A stretch of 64,000 nt of DNA from Akkermansiaceae bacterium. GTDB taxonomy: Bacteria; Verrucomicrobiota; Verrucomicrobiia; Verrucomicrobiales; Akkermansiaceae. The notes beneath the pieces are model-generated. The model was not told the origin of the DNA. It searched no databases and saw only the letters and a list, made by a program, of their open reading frames with translations. The stretch spans positions 128,001-192,000 of the forward strand of contig JBPOGF010000002.1 in NCBI GenBank assembly GCA_051251915.1. Direction: 5' to 3'. The translations under genes and the position numbers were made by a program. Shown one piece after another: positions 30,350 to 40,175 of this stretch (its first letter is position 1; each line of letters begins with the position of its first letter).

Positions 30350-31063
30350 TTATGTGGCGAGGACGTCGTAATATTCTTGTTGGTTTTAACGGATGATGTC
30401 TTCTACTGGGAGGTAGGCAAGGGGGGCTTTCCAGTGGCTGAGTATGAGTGTCTGCCAGAGCCTGCCGATGCGTCCATTTCCATCGGTAAAGGGATGGATG
30501 AATTCCAGCTCGTAGTGGAAGATGCAACTGGCGATGAGTGGGTGGATGTCAGTTTGTTTTAGCCATGTTAGGAGGTCATTGACTAGTCCTGGGACGAGTG
30601 AGGCGGGTGGTGCTACGTGGACGATGGTTTCGCCTTTGGCTATGCCTACTCTGCCTGTGCGGAAAGTGCCTGGGTGATCTACTAAGCCGTCCATCATGAG
30701 GGAGTGGGCCTGGAGTAGGTGAGCTACACTGGTTGGGTTGAAATTTTCTAGGGCTTCGTAGGCTGTGAAGGCGTTTTTGACTTCTTGCACTTCCTTGAGT
30801 GGTCCTAGAACGCGTTTGCCATTGAATAGTGTGGTGACTTGGTTGAGGCTGAGTGAGTTGTTCTCTATGGCTAGGGATGCGTGGACGCTCTTGATCCTGT
30901 TTTCACGGCGAAGCTTTGGTGGGGTGGGGGGTGCTGTCACTGATGCCAAGGTACCCGATTGTCTCTGCGTCTGAGCGAGCAGGTCTAGAATGGTTGGGGT
31001 GATGGTGAAAGGCGGATTTTCCATGGCTTTATTTGAGGCTAATGTATTATTGCTTATCGCCAA
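30350..31063 (-). pseudogene. Fic-family protein with a premature stop and 3' truncation (start probably 31024)
   Basis: Catalytic HPFTDGNGRIGR is intact. After the in-frame TAA at 30386-30388 the Fic-like sequence continues as NQQEYYDVLAT and stops again at 30350. Confidence 0.8.
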
Positions 31064-31079
31064 GAAAAATGGAGTGTGA

Positions 31080-31135
31080 AAAAGCCCGCTTGGATTTCTC
31101 CGAGCGGGCTTTGTTTTGAGTTGTTGTTGCTGCTA
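31080..31135 (-). terminator. gltB intrinsic terminator and flank
   Basis: AAAAGCCCGCTTGGATTTCTCCGAGCGGGCTTT about 30 bp after the gltB stop, with a U-tail on the - strand. Confidence 0.85.
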
Positions 31136-31139
31136 AAGC

Positions 31140-34100
31140 TTAGGCATTCGTCTTGGGGATGCTGGCTGCTTCGTGTTGTTCTTCGGCTTGTTCTAGGGCT
31201 GCCTTGGTTTTTGGGATGACGCGGATTAGCTTTTTGCAGGTTTTGTCCCAGTTGGCTAGGAGCTGTTTGGCTCTTGGGCTTCCGGTGAGGGCTGCGTGGT
31301 CTTCGATGAGGGCTTTGGCTTCTGCTTTGTCGATGTCTCGCTGAACTGGTAGGGCTGCTACCATTTCTGTGTTGATGCGGGACTGGAAGATGCCGTCTTC
31401 GTCGTAGACGTATGCGGTGCCTCCGGACATTCCTGCGCCGAAGTTTTGTCCGGTGGTTCCTAGGATGACGATGAGGCCGTTGGTCATGTATTCACAGCCG
31501 TGGTCTCCGCAGCCTTCTACGACTGCTTGTGCGCCTGAGAGTCTGACTCCGAAGCGTTCACCTGCGCGGCCGTTGATGAAGAGTCTGCCGCCGGTGGCTC
31601 CGTAGAGGCAGGTGTTGCCTACGATGGAGTTTTTGGCTGGGTCAAACTGGTGGACTGGGTGTGGCTTGACGGTGATGCGTCCGCCGGACATGCCTTTTCC
31701 TACGTAGTCGTTGGCTTCACCGATGACGTTGAGTTGGATGCCGTTGGTGAGGAATGTTCCGCAGGACTGGCCGGCGGAGCCTGTGAGGTTGAGGATGATG
31801 GAGCCGCATGGGAGTCCTTCTTTGCCGAAGGCTTCTGCGACGCGTCCTGAGAGGCGTGTTCCTAGGTTACGATTGGTGTTGATGACGCCGTAGTCTAGGG
31901 TGAGTGGTGCTCTGTCTGCGAGTCCGCTGAGGTCTTCTATTCCTTGCGTTTTCTTGATGTCTTCAAGGATTTGTAGGTCTAGTTCTGGGATGTGGTTGCC
32001 GTCGTTGCGTGCTTCTGTGCAGATTCTGGAGATGGATGATTCTTCGATGTTGAATGCTTTGGCTGTGGCCGGGATGACGTTTTTGAGGACGGGATCTAGG
32101 TTGAGCATGTTTGCTTTCGGGTGTCCTGGGACGTTACGCTGCTTGAGGAATTCTGGATGGCCGATGAGGTCGTCTAGTTTTCTGACTCCTAGTTTTGCCA
32201 TGATTTCACGGCATTCTTCTGAGACTGCGTTGAAGAAGTTGACGACTTGTTCTGGGGTTCCTTTGAATTTAGCTCTCCATTTAGGGTCTGTGGTGGCGAC
32301 TCCAACTGGGCAGTTGTTGAGGTGGCATTTACGGACGTAGACGCACCCCATGGCGATCATGGCGATGGTTCCGAAGTTAAACTGCTCAGCTCCGAGGATG
32401 GCTGCGGTGACGATGTCTTTGCCGTTTTTCATGCCGCCGTCTGTTCTGAGTGTTACTTTAGAACGGAGGTTGTTGAGTAGTAGTGTTTGTTGTGCTTCTG
32501 CTAGTCCGAGTTCCCATGGTAGTCCACAGTGTTTGGTGGATGAGAGTGGTGAGGCTGCTGTTCCGCCGTCGTGTCCTGAGATGAGGATGTTGTCGGCTGA
32601 TGCCTTTGCCACACCTGCTGCTACGGTTCCTACGCCGGCTTCTGATACGAGCTTGACGGTGACTTTTGCAGTGGGGTTGATTTCTTTTAGATCGTGGATG
32701 AGCTGAGCTAGGTCCTCGATGGAGTAGATGTCATGGTGTGGTGGTGGTGAGATGAGCTGGACTCCTGGCTGGGTGTTACGTAGTCTGGCGATGATGCCGT
32801 TGACTTTGTGCCCTGGTAGCTGGCCACCTTCACCTGGCTTGGCGCCTTGTGCCATTTTGATTTCTAGTTCATCAGCATTGACTAGGTAGTGTGCAGATAC
32901 TCCGAAGCGACCGGATGCGATCTGCTTGATGGATGAGCGTGCTAAGTCGCCGTTAGGGTAAGGGAGGAATCGCTTAGGATCTTCTCCGCCTTCACCTGAG
33001 TCTGACTTGGCGCCGATGCGGTTCATGGCGATGGCGAGGGTCTCGTGAGCTTCTGGTGAGAGTGCGCCCATGGACATGGCTGCTGTGGTGAAACGGCGGC
33101 GGATGTTCTCGATGGGTTCTACTTCCTCGATTGGGACTGGGCCGGATGAGAGTGGGACGAATTCTAGGAGATCCTTGATGGTGACTGGGAGTGTCTCTAA
33201 TGATGCTGCGACGTAGGCTTCGTAGTCTTCTTTTTTGTTATCTTTGACGAAGGTGTGGAAGTTTTTGATAACGTCTGTGGTGATGGAGTGGCGCTCGCCG
33301 GTCTTACGGTAGCGGAAGTATCCTGGGTCACCTAGTGGGAGTGGTTCTGTGGTTGGTACTCCTGTCTCAAGGATGTCTGCGTGGGCGGCGCGGTGGCGGA
33401 TGATGGATTCTTCTGCGATTTCTTTGAATCCGACTCCTGCGATGCGTGATTGGGCTGCGGTGAAGCATGAGTCCATGACTTCTTTGCCGATGCCGACTGC
33501 TTCGAAGATTTGTGCGCCCTGGTATGAGTTGAGGACTGAGATGCCCATTTTGGACATGATTTTGAGGAGACCTTTTTCTAGGGCTTTGCGGTAGTTGGTC
33601 ATGCCTTTTTCTGGTGACATGCCTTCGCCGAGTTTGCCTTTGGTGTCATTTTCAACGATCTGACGGACGGTGGCGTAGCCGAGGTATGGGCATACTGCTG
33701 TGGCGCCGAAGCCGAAGAGGCATGCGATCTGGTGGGTGTCACGAGCTTCTGCTGTCTCAACGACGATGGATGCGCGCATTCTCTTTTTCACTCTGTTGAG
33801 GTGGTGGTGCACGGCTCCTGTGATGAGGAGTGATGGGATGGTGACGCGGTCTGCTGATGCTGCGCGGTCTGAGAGGATGAGGATGTCAATGTCTTCATCA
33901 ACTGTCTTCTCGACGATAGCGCAGACGTTTTCGACGGCGGCCTTGAGGCCTTCTGCTCCGTCTGTGAGTGGCCAGGTGGTGTCGATGATGCGGGATTTGA
34001 AGCCGTATTCGTTCATCTGTTTGATGCGCTCCATTTCCTGTTCGAGTAGGATGGCTGAGTTGAGTGTGAGGACGCGGGCGTGTGCTGGTGACTCTGCAAG

Positions 34101-35768
34101 GATGTTGTGCTCAGCACCGAGTCCGGCGGAGAGTGACATGACTGCCCATTCGCGGATAGGGTCGATAGGTGGGTTGGTGACCTGGGCGAAGAGTTGTTTG
34201 AAATAGGTGAAGAGGAGACGTGGGTGTTCTGAGAGGACTGCGAGTGGGATGTCATCTCCCATGGAGTAGACTTTTTCCTGTGCGCCCTGGATCATAGGAG
34301 GGAAGACCATGTCGATTTCTTCTGCTGTTAGACCATTGATGATCTGTGCGCGTGAGAGGCTGACGGGATCGATGTCTGATGCTGGTGCGTGTGGTTCTTC
34401 TGAGACGTAGTCTTTTAGGCGGACTTGATTTTCGTCAACCCAGCGGCCGTATGGTGCTTTCTTGGCGAGGCGTTCTTTGACTTGGCGGTCTTTCTCTAGT
34501 TTACCTGTGGAGGTGTTTGCTACGAGCATTTGTCCAGGTCCTAAGCGGCCTTTCTGGATGATGTTGGCTTCTGAGCATTCGATACAGCCGATTTCTGAGC
34601 CGATGTAGAGTAGGCCGTCGTCTGATAGTGCGTAGCGTGATGGGCGGAGGCCGTTGCGGTCGAGGCCAGCGCAGATTTTAACGCCGTCGGTGAATACGAG
34701 TCCTGCGGGGCCGTCCCATGGCTCAGCGAATGAGCGGTGGTATTGGTAAAATGAGCGGAGGTCTTCTGAGATCTCGGCATCGTGGCGGTATGCTGGTGGT
34801 ACGAGCATGCACATGGAGTGCTCGATCTCGCGTCCTGAGAGTGTGAGTAGCTCGAGGCAGTGGTCGAGTGATGCGGAGTCTGATTCTTTGTCTGATAGGA
34901 GATTTTTTACGAGGTCGATGTCTTTTCCCCAGACGTCTGACTCGAAGAATTCTTCACGGGATGCCATCCAGTTACGGTTACCGCGGACGGTGTTGATCTC
35001 GCCGTTGTGGGCGAGCATACGGAATGGCTGACCGAGTGGCCATGCTGGGAAGGTGTTGGTAGAGAAACGCTGGTGGTAGACGACGATGGCTGTCTCGAAG
35101 TCTGGGTTCTGCATGTCTAGGTAGAATGCTTTGAGTGTGGCAGGCATGGCGAGTCCTTTGTAGCTGATGAGACGGCTAGAGAAGGATGGCATGTAGAAGT
35201 TAGCGATGTCTGTGGTGCCGTGCTCGATGGTGCGGCGGCAGAGGTAGAGTTGGCGCTCGAATGCGAGTTCATCTAGACCGGCAGGTTTGGCCATGATGAG
35301 GTGCTTGATGACTGGGCAGGATTTCTGGGCTTGGACGCCGAGTTCTTCTTTAGCAACTGGGGTGTCTCTCCAGCCGATGATTTCGATTCCGCGAGCTTTG
35401 AGGGTTTTTTCTGTGAGGGCGATGATGTCATCTGCGGCTGCAGGGTTATCATTAGGTAGGAAGAATACGCCTACTGCTAGGTTAGCTGGGTCGCTGACTG
35501 TGGCGCCGAATTTCTCAGCTTCTTGCTTGAAGAGCTTGCGCGGGATCTGGGAGAGGACGCCTGATCCGTCACCGGTCTTCATGTCTGCGTCTACTCCACC
35601 ACGGTGAGTCATGTTGCATACGGATTCGATGGCTTTGCTGAGGATGTCAAAGGATGGGATTCCGTTGATGTTAGCAATGGCGCCCATTCCGCAGTTATCT
35701 TTCTCATTGGAGAATGAGTGGAGTGAGCCGGAGGAATCTGGTGTGTATGATTGGTGATATGGTGTCAT
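31140..35768 (-). CDS. gltB: Glutamate synthase large subunit
   Basis: N-terminal DNCGMG; motifs HQRFSTNTFP, HNGEINT, EPWDGPA, FAQVTNPPID, IKQIASGRFGV and AQGAKPGEGGQLPG; 3Fe-4S motif CVYVRKCHLNNC; GXGXG domain. Confidence 0.97.
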   Translation of the reverse strand: MTPYHQSYTPDSSGSLHSFSNEKDNCGMGAIANINGIPSFDILSKAIESVCNMTHRGGVDADMKTGDGSGVLSQIPRKLFKQEAEKFGATVSDPANLAVGVFFLPNDNPAAADDIIALTEKTLKARGIEIIGWRDTPVAKEELGVQAQKSCPVIKHLIMAKPAGLDELAFERQLYLCRRTIEHGTTDIANFYMPSFSSRLISYKGLAMPATLKAFYLDMQNPDFETAIVVYHQRFSTNTFPAWPLGQPFRMLAHNGEINTVRGNRNWMASREEFFESDVWGKDIDLVKNLLSDKESDSASLDHCLELLTLSGREIEHSMCMLVPPAYRHDAEISEDLRSFYQYHRSFAEPWDGPAGLVFTDGVKICAGLDRNGLRPSRYALSDDGLLYIGSEIGCIECSEANIIQKGRLGPGQMLVANTSTGKLEKDRQVKERLAKKAPYGRWVDENQVRLKDYVSEEPHAPASDIDPVSLSRAQIINGLTAEEIDMVFPPMIQGAQEKVYSMGDDIPLAVLSEHPRLLFTYFKQLFAQVTNPPIDPIREWAVMSLSAGLGAEHNILAESPAHARVLTLNSAILLEQEMERIKQMNEYGFKSRIIDTTWPLTDGAEGLKAAVENVCAIVEKTVDEDIDILILSDRAASADRVTIPSLLITGAVHHHLNRVKKRMRASIVVETAEARDTHQIACLFGFGATAVCPYLGYATVRQIVENDTKGKLGEGMSPEKGMTNYRKALEKGLLKIMSKMGISVLNSYQGAQIFEAVGIGKEVMDSCFTAAQSRIAGVGFKEIAEESIIRHRAAHADILETGVPTTEPLPLGDPGYFRYRKTGERHSITTDVIKNFHTFVKDNKKEDYEAYVAASLETLPVTIKDLLEFVPLSSGPVPIEEVEPIENIRRRFTTAAMSMGALSPEAHETLAIAMNRIGAKSDSGEGGEDPKRFLPYPNGDLARSSIKQIASGRFGVSAHYLVNADELEIKMAQGAKPGEGGQLPGHKVNGIIARLRNTQPGVQLISPPPHHDIYSIEDLAQLIHDLKEINPTAKVTVKLVSEAGVGTVAAGVAKASADNILISGHDGGTAASPLSSTKHCGLPWELGLAEAQQTLLLNNLRSKVTLRTDGGMKNGKDIVTAAILGAEQFNFGTIAMIAMGCVYVRKCHLNNCPVGVATTDPKWRAKFKGTPEQVVNFFNAVSEECREIMAKLGVRKLDDLIGHPEFLKQRNVPGHPKANMLNLDPVLKNVIPATAKAFNIEESSISRICTEARNDGNHIPELDLQILEDIKKTQGIEDLSGLADRAPLTLDYGVINTNRNLGTRLSGRVAEAFGKEGLPCGSIILNLTGSAGQSCGTFLTNGIQLNVIGEANDYVGKGMSGGRITVKPHPVHQFDPAKNSIVGNTCLYGATGGRLFINGRAGERFGVRLSGAQAVVEGCGDHGCEYMTNGLIVILGTTGQNFGAGMSGGTAYVYDEDGIFQSRINTEMVAALPVQRDIDKAEAKALIEDHAALTGSPRAKQLLANWDKTCKKLIRVIPKTKAALEQAEEQHEAASIPKTNA

Positions 35769-35865
35769 GACGGTCGAAATTTTATGGTTATACTTTTGAG
35801 ACTGTGTTTATGAGGGAAGTTAAGCTCAGTAATGTGGTTTTGCCAAGTGAAATTGGGGTCATTTG

Positions 35866-36040
35866 GGGTGATCGGTTAGCGGTGATCAGTGATCGGTGCT
35901 CGGTATGATGAAACGGCTTGGGATTAGGGTGATGGGTTAGCGGTGATCAGTGATCGGTGCTTGGGTTGATGGAACAGCTTTTTTCTACCGCGAAATACAC
36001 TAAATACGCGAAATTTTTCTTTGTGCTTTGGCGGCTTGGG
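35866..36040 (+). repeat. Two tandem ~61-bp units built from GTGATCr heptamers, followed by 9-mer repeats
   Basis: GGGTGATsGGTTAGCGGTGATCAGTGATCGGTGCT at 35866 and 35927; CGCGAAATA-CACTAAATA-CGCGAAATT at 35989. Confidence 0.9.
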
Positions 36041-36135
36041 GTGATGTAGAAGGTGGACGAAGTTTAGAATATTCTAGCAGTATATGAGCCAACTTTTGGG
36101 TGGGGTGATGGAGCGGTTAGGGTTTTTACCCAAAG

Positions 36136-36170
36136 AAAAACCCTACGCTGCGTGGTGCAGAGTAGGGTTT
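36136..36170 (-). terminator. Intrinsic terminator of the PEP-CTERM gene
   Basis: AAAAACCCTACGCTGC-gtggt-GCAGAGTAGGGTTT with a U-tail on the - strand. Confidence 0.75.
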
Positions 36171-36210
36171 GTGGTGGTGATATTTTTTATATTTAGCAGG
36201 CTGCTAGAAT

Positions 36211-36981
36211 CTAGCGGCGTCTGCGTAGGATGAAGCCGAGGGTTCCTAGTCCTAGTAGTGCTGTTGAGCTTGGCTCAGGGACGGCTACGATTTGAAGCCC
36301 TCCGAGGGTGGCGAATCTTTCATTAGTAGGGTCAACAACGACTGCTATGTAGTCAGTGGTGTCAGTGATGGTGACTCTGGTAAGAGCGTAGTTCAGTCCA
36401 TTAACCCATGTTGTGGTGCCTGTAGCATCACCGATGGCGGTTGTTGTTAGCTCTGTTGATGCGCTTGAGATGCTGTTGCCATTTGCTGCTGTGAAAACAC
36501 CGATGCCGACGTCATAAGTTCTGGTTAGCTCGTTAGGTTCTTTCGTGATGGCGTAAACATCATATACACCTACTGCTAAACCTGTGATTCTAGCTCCGAT
36601 GTCAGCGTTGTTGCGATCGAAGACCCAGTCATCAGTTAAGTCTGAATCATAGATGCCACCTTGAATATCCGTATTCTGAGAAGGTCCTCTTGCGTCATTG
36701 CCTGTGAAATCTAGGACTGTTCCTGAAGCGTTCTCATCGGTAGCTCCGAGCTCAAGAGTGACTCCAAGAGCTGCTGTTCCGTCTCCGTATAGTAAGCCGC
36801 TGAATACATCTGCATTTGCATTACCGTTCCAGACAGTATCGGCGATGGCTGCTGGAGCATCATTTCCTGAATATGTTCCAACGGTAGTGCTATCGAAGTC
36901 GATTTGGAGCGATACCGCGGCTTGTGATGACGATGCTACGCCGAGTAGCGTAGCTATTATTAAGGGTGTTTTTATGTTCAT
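36211..36981 (-). CDS. PEP-CTERM sorting-domain surface protein
   Basis: Signal peptide ending SQA-A, 'QIDFD...WNG' like the protein at 774-1460, and VPEPSST + TM helix + RRRR. Confidence 0.93.
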   Translation of the reverse strand: MNIKTPLIIATLLGVASSSQAAVSLQIDFDSTTVGTYSGNDAPAAIADTVWNGNANADVFSGLLYGDGTAALGVTLELGATDENASGTVLDFTGNDARGPSQNTDIQGGIYDSDLTDDWVFDRNNADIGARITGLAVGVYDVYAITKEPNELTRTYDVGIGVFTAANGNSISSASTELTTTAIGDATGTTTWVNGLNYALTRVTITDTTDYIAVVVDPTNERFATLGGLQIVAVPEPSSTALLGLGTLGFILRRRR

Positions 36982-37233
36982 AATGTAGTTTTGTATTTAT
37001 GTGAATATGAGGTCGTCTCATAGTCTATGTGTCTGTGTATTTTTGTTGTGTGTCTGTGTCTGAGTTCAACACATGGGGAGTGTATATTGGGGAGAATTGA
37101 GAAAGTGGCAAGGTTTAAATTGAGTGTGGTGTGTCTGTTAATTGTTGTATTACAGGTTGTTTTGGTGGGTGATTGGTGGGTGTTTTTTATTGTTAGGTAG
37201 AGGGTAACTGGATTTGCTGCTTTATGAGAAAAC

Positions 37234-37259
37234 AATAAAAGAGCTTAATGTCTTTTATT
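37234..37259. promoter_or_regulatory. Palindromic operator candidate upstream of nnrS
   Basis: Perfect 9-bp inverted repeat AATAAAAGA-N8-TCTTTTATT, 14 bp before the likely ATG. Confidence 0.55.
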
Positions 37260-37273
37260 TGTGGGGTGGTGGG

Positions 37274-38464
37274 ATGAAGCGGGTGGCTAGTGAGCCGTAT
37301 CGGGTGTTTTTTCCGGTGGCTATTTTGGCGAGTGTGCTGGGTGTGATGATGTGGCCGATGTATTATGGTGAGTATTTGGGGTTTTATCCGTTGTTGGGTC
37401 ATGCGAGGGTGATGATTGAGGGGTTTGTGGGTGGATTTGCGGTGGGTTTTCTGGGGACGGCGTTGCCAAAGATGCTGGGGGTGGCGGGGTTTAGGTTGTG
37501 GCAGGTGTTGGTGATGTTGGTGTTGCATGTTGGGTTATGTGTGGCGCATTTGGTGGGTGAGTGGCGTGTGGGTGATGGGTTATTTGTGGGGTTGATGCTG
37601 GTGTTGTTTGGGTGTGTGGTGCCTAGGGTGTTGGGGCGGAAGGAGAGTCCTCCGGCTGGGATGGTGTTGGCTGGGATGGGGTTGTTGTGTGGGGTGTTTG
37701 GGGCTTTTTGGGGTGCGTTTTTGTTGGATATTGGTGGAGAGAATGGATTTTTATTTAGTCAGCGGTTGTTATATCAGGGGTTTATTTTGTTGCCGTTGTT
37801 GGGGGTGGGGAGTTTTATGTTTCCGATGATTTTGGGGACGGAGGATGATGGGGAGTTGAGTGGTAGAGATTGGAGGCGGAGGGCTTGTTGGGCTTGGATT
37901 GTGGGGGTGTTGATTGTGGGGTCTTATTATGTTGAGGTGATGGGGTATGCGCGGGAGATGTCTTGGTGCCGGTTAGTGGTGGCGGGGTGGTGGTTGTTTG
38001 GTGCGTGTGGGTGTTTGCGGTGGAAGATTAGTAAGGGGGTGATGGCTCATGGGTTGCGGGCGGGGGTAGGGTGTTTGTTGTTGGCGTTGTTAGCTAGGGG
38101 TGTGATGGAGCATTATCGGGTGACGCTGGATCATATTTTGTATATTGGTGGGTTTGGGTTGATCACGATGATTGTGGCGACTCGGGTGATTTTTGGTCAT
38201 AGCGGGCAGGGGGATAAGTTTAAGCGGTGGTTGAAGCCGTTGGTGGTGTGTGTGGCGCTGGTTTTGCTGGCGATGGCGACGCGGGTTTCTGCTGATTTTA
38301 TTCCGGTGATGCGGGTTTCACATCATGTTTATGCGGCGGTTTGCTGGGTGGTGGTGAGTGTGATCTGGGGGGTGGCTGTGCTGCCTTCTGTTAGGAGGAC
38401 GCCGCCGGTGAAGCGGGAGGTGAAGGGGTTTGATTTGATGGATGTGGATTTTAGGGAGAAGTGA
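37274..38464 (+). CDS. nnrS: NnrS-family membrane protein (ORF track start 37214; ATG 37274 preferred)
   Basis: Motifs EPYRVFFP, H...MIEGF.GGFAVGFLGTALP, H...IGGFG and ATRVIFGHSG, with many TM helices. Confidence 0.82.
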   Translation: MKRVASEPYRVFFPVAILASVLGVMMWPMYYGEYLGFYPLLGHARVMIEGFVGGFAVGFLGTALPKMLGVAGFRLWQVLVMLVLHVGLCVAHLVGEWRVGDGLFVGLMLVLFGCVVPRVLGRKESPPAGMVLAGMGLLCGVFGAFWGAFLLDIGGENGFLFSQRLLYQGFILLPLLGVGSFMFPMILGTEDDGELSGRDWRRRACWAWIVGVLIVGSYYVEVMGYAREMSWCRLVVAGWWLFGACGCLRWKISKGVMAHGLRAGVGCLLLALLARGVMEHYRVTLDHILYIGGFGLITMIVATRVIFGHSGQGDKFKRWLKPLVVCVALVLLAMATRVSADFIPVMRVSHHVYAAVCWVVVSVIWGVAVLPSVRRTPPVKREVKGFDLMDVDFREK

Positions 38465-38478
38465 TTTTTTGGGGGAGA

Positions 38479-38600
38479 GGGTGATCGGTTAGCGGTGATC
38501 AGTGATCGGTGCTTGGGTTGGGGGCTTGGTGCTTTGACCTGCGGTGCTGGACCACGAATCTGCACTGATTTACACGAATGGTGGGCGATGGAGCTTGGGT
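38479..38600 (+). repeat. Mosaic intergenic repeat (heptamer unit plus the 20.5 kb-type unit)
   Basis: 38479-38513 is identical to 35866-35900. 38533-38600 resembles 20516-20583. Confidence 0.9.
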
Positions 38601-38652
38601 TGGTGGGGGATTTTTTTCTTGTGGTGGGTTGGGGGAGGGGATTGAATGGGGT

Positions 38653-40113
38653 ATGATGAATCGTTTGAGGAGGGTTTTTGTTTTGGTGGGGTTGTTGGGG
38701 GTGATGGAGTGTGCTGCGCGGCAGCCGAATATTGTGCTGATTTATGCTGATGATTTGGGTTATAAGGATGTGGGGTATCAGTCTGGGGGGAAATTTAAGA
38801 CGCCTGTTCTGGATAGGTTGGCTAAGGAGGGGATGGTGTTTACTGATGGGTATTCTAATGCGGCGAATTGTCAGCCGGCTAGGGCCTGTTTGTTGTCTGG
38901 GAATTATGGGGGTCGGCATCATGTGTTTGCGGTGCAGAGTACTAGCCGTGGGCCGAAGAATAAGATGCGGTTGATTCCGGTGCCTAATAAGGATGGGCTG
39001 ACGGATGATGATAGGACGGTGGCGGATGTGCTGAGGGGTGCAGGGTATGCGACTGGGCATTTTGGGAAGTGGCATTTGTATGATGCGAAGGGGAAGCGTG
39101 GGGGTGGGGCTTTGCCTACTGCGCAGGGGTTTGATGTGAGTTATGATAGTTTTGGTGATGGGGCGCTGCCTGAGGGGGCTAAGGGGAATAAGACTGGGCC
39201 GAAGAGTGATCCGAAGGGGGTGTTTGATTTGTCTAAGCAGGCGTGTGATTTTATGGAGGAGAATAGGGATAGGGAGAAGCCGTTTTTTGTGTATTTGGCG
39301 CATCATGCTCCGCATGGTCCGTATCAGGCGCGGGAGTCAACGCGGAGGGAGATAAAGGATTTGTATATGGCTTGTGTGTTTGATCTGGATGCGAGTGTGG
39401 GGCGTGTGGTGGATAAGGTGAAGGAGCTGGGGTTGGAGAAGGAGACGTTGATAATTTTTACGAGTGATAATGGTGGGACTGGTTCTCAGGAGCCATTGCG
39501 GGGTAATAAGGGGAGTTATTATGAGGGTGGGATACGTGAGCCGATGATTGCGTTATGGCCGGGTGTGATAGAGGCTGGTAGTGAGTGTGCTGTGCCGGTG
39601 ATCCAGGTGGATCTGATGCCTACGTTTGCTGAGGTGGCGGGTGCTAAGGTGGTGAAGGATGTGGTGGATGGTGAGAGTTTGGTGGGGTTGTTTAAGGGGG
39701 GTGGTGAGTTGAAGCGGGAGTCGATTTTCTGGCATATGCCGGGGTATCTGGATAAGCCGGTGACGCGTGGTAGGGATGAGATTTTCCGGACGCGGCCTGT
39801 GAGTGTGATGCGTAAGGGGAAGTGGAAGCTGCATTTGTATCTGGAGGAGTGGGTGCTGGATGGTGGTGCAGCGAGTGTGGCGACGAATAATGCGGTGGAG
39901 CTTTATGATCTGGAGAGTGATGTGGGTGAGCGTGAGAACTTGGCGGATAAGATGCCGGAGCTGCGTGATGCTTTAATTAAGGAGCTGGAGGCGTGGCAGG
40001 TGTCTGCGGGAGCGCCGGTGCCTAGTGAGGTGAATCCTAAGTATGATGCTGATGCTGTGGTGCCGGAGAAGAAGGGGAAAAAGAAGAAGAAAACGAAGGA
40101 TGGGAAAAAGTAG
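38653..40113 (+). CDS. Secreted Cys-type sulfatase (ORF track start 38578)
   Basis: Motifs QPNIVLIYADDLG, CQPARACLLSG, GKWHL and FTSDNGG; Lys-rich tail. Confidence 0.92.
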   Translation: MMNRLRRVFVLVGLLGVMECAARQPNIVLIYADDLGYKDVGYQSGGKFKTPVLDRLAKEGMVFTDGYSNAANCQPARACLLSGNYGGRHHVFAVQSTSRGPKNKMRLIPVPNKDGLTDDDRTVADVLRGAGYATGHFGKWHLYDAKGKRGGGALPTAQGFDVSYDSFGDGALPEGAKGNKTGPKSDPKGVFDLSKQACDFMEENRDREKPFFVYLAHHAPHGPYQARESTRREIKDLYMACVFDLDASVGRVVDKVKELGLEKETLIIFTSDNGGTGSQEPLRGNKGSYYEGGIREPMIALWPGVIEAGSECAVPVIQVDLMPTFAEVAGAKVVKDVVDGESLVGLFKGGGELKRESIFWHMPGYLDKPVTRGRDEIFRTRPVSVMRKGKWKLHLYLEEWVLDGGAASVATNNAVELYDLESDVGERENLADKMPELRDALIKELEAWQVSAGAPVPSEVNPKYDADAVVPEKKGKKKKKTKDGKK

Positions 40114-40175
40114 GTCCTAGGTGGTTAAGTTCACTGATTTAGTTGCTTGGGATGCGGGCGGTTTTGTGGAGTGGA

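Noticed and set aside
30333..30527. 64-aa ORF as a possible frameshifted continuation of Fic
   Set aside because: The Fic-like sequence continues in the original frame past the stop codon, and this frame shows no Fic similarity.
35866..35961. Two 35-bp repeats separated by 26 bp, superficially CRISPR-like
   Set aside because: Only two units, the sequences following each unit resemble each other, the repeat is made of heptamers, and there are no cas genes.
36071..36210. 10-bp inverted repeat ATTCTAGCAG/CTGCTAGAAT around a terminator
   Set aside because: Too short, with no second copy or target duplication, so chance cannot be excluded.
38329..39315. 328-aa minus-strand ORF, and similar ones such as 43092-43586, 44517-45077, 51500-52357 and 59151-59636
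   Set aside because: Shadow ORFs opposite well-supported genes. The C/A-rich minus strand has few stop codons, giving His/Pro/Ile-rich sequence with no motifs.
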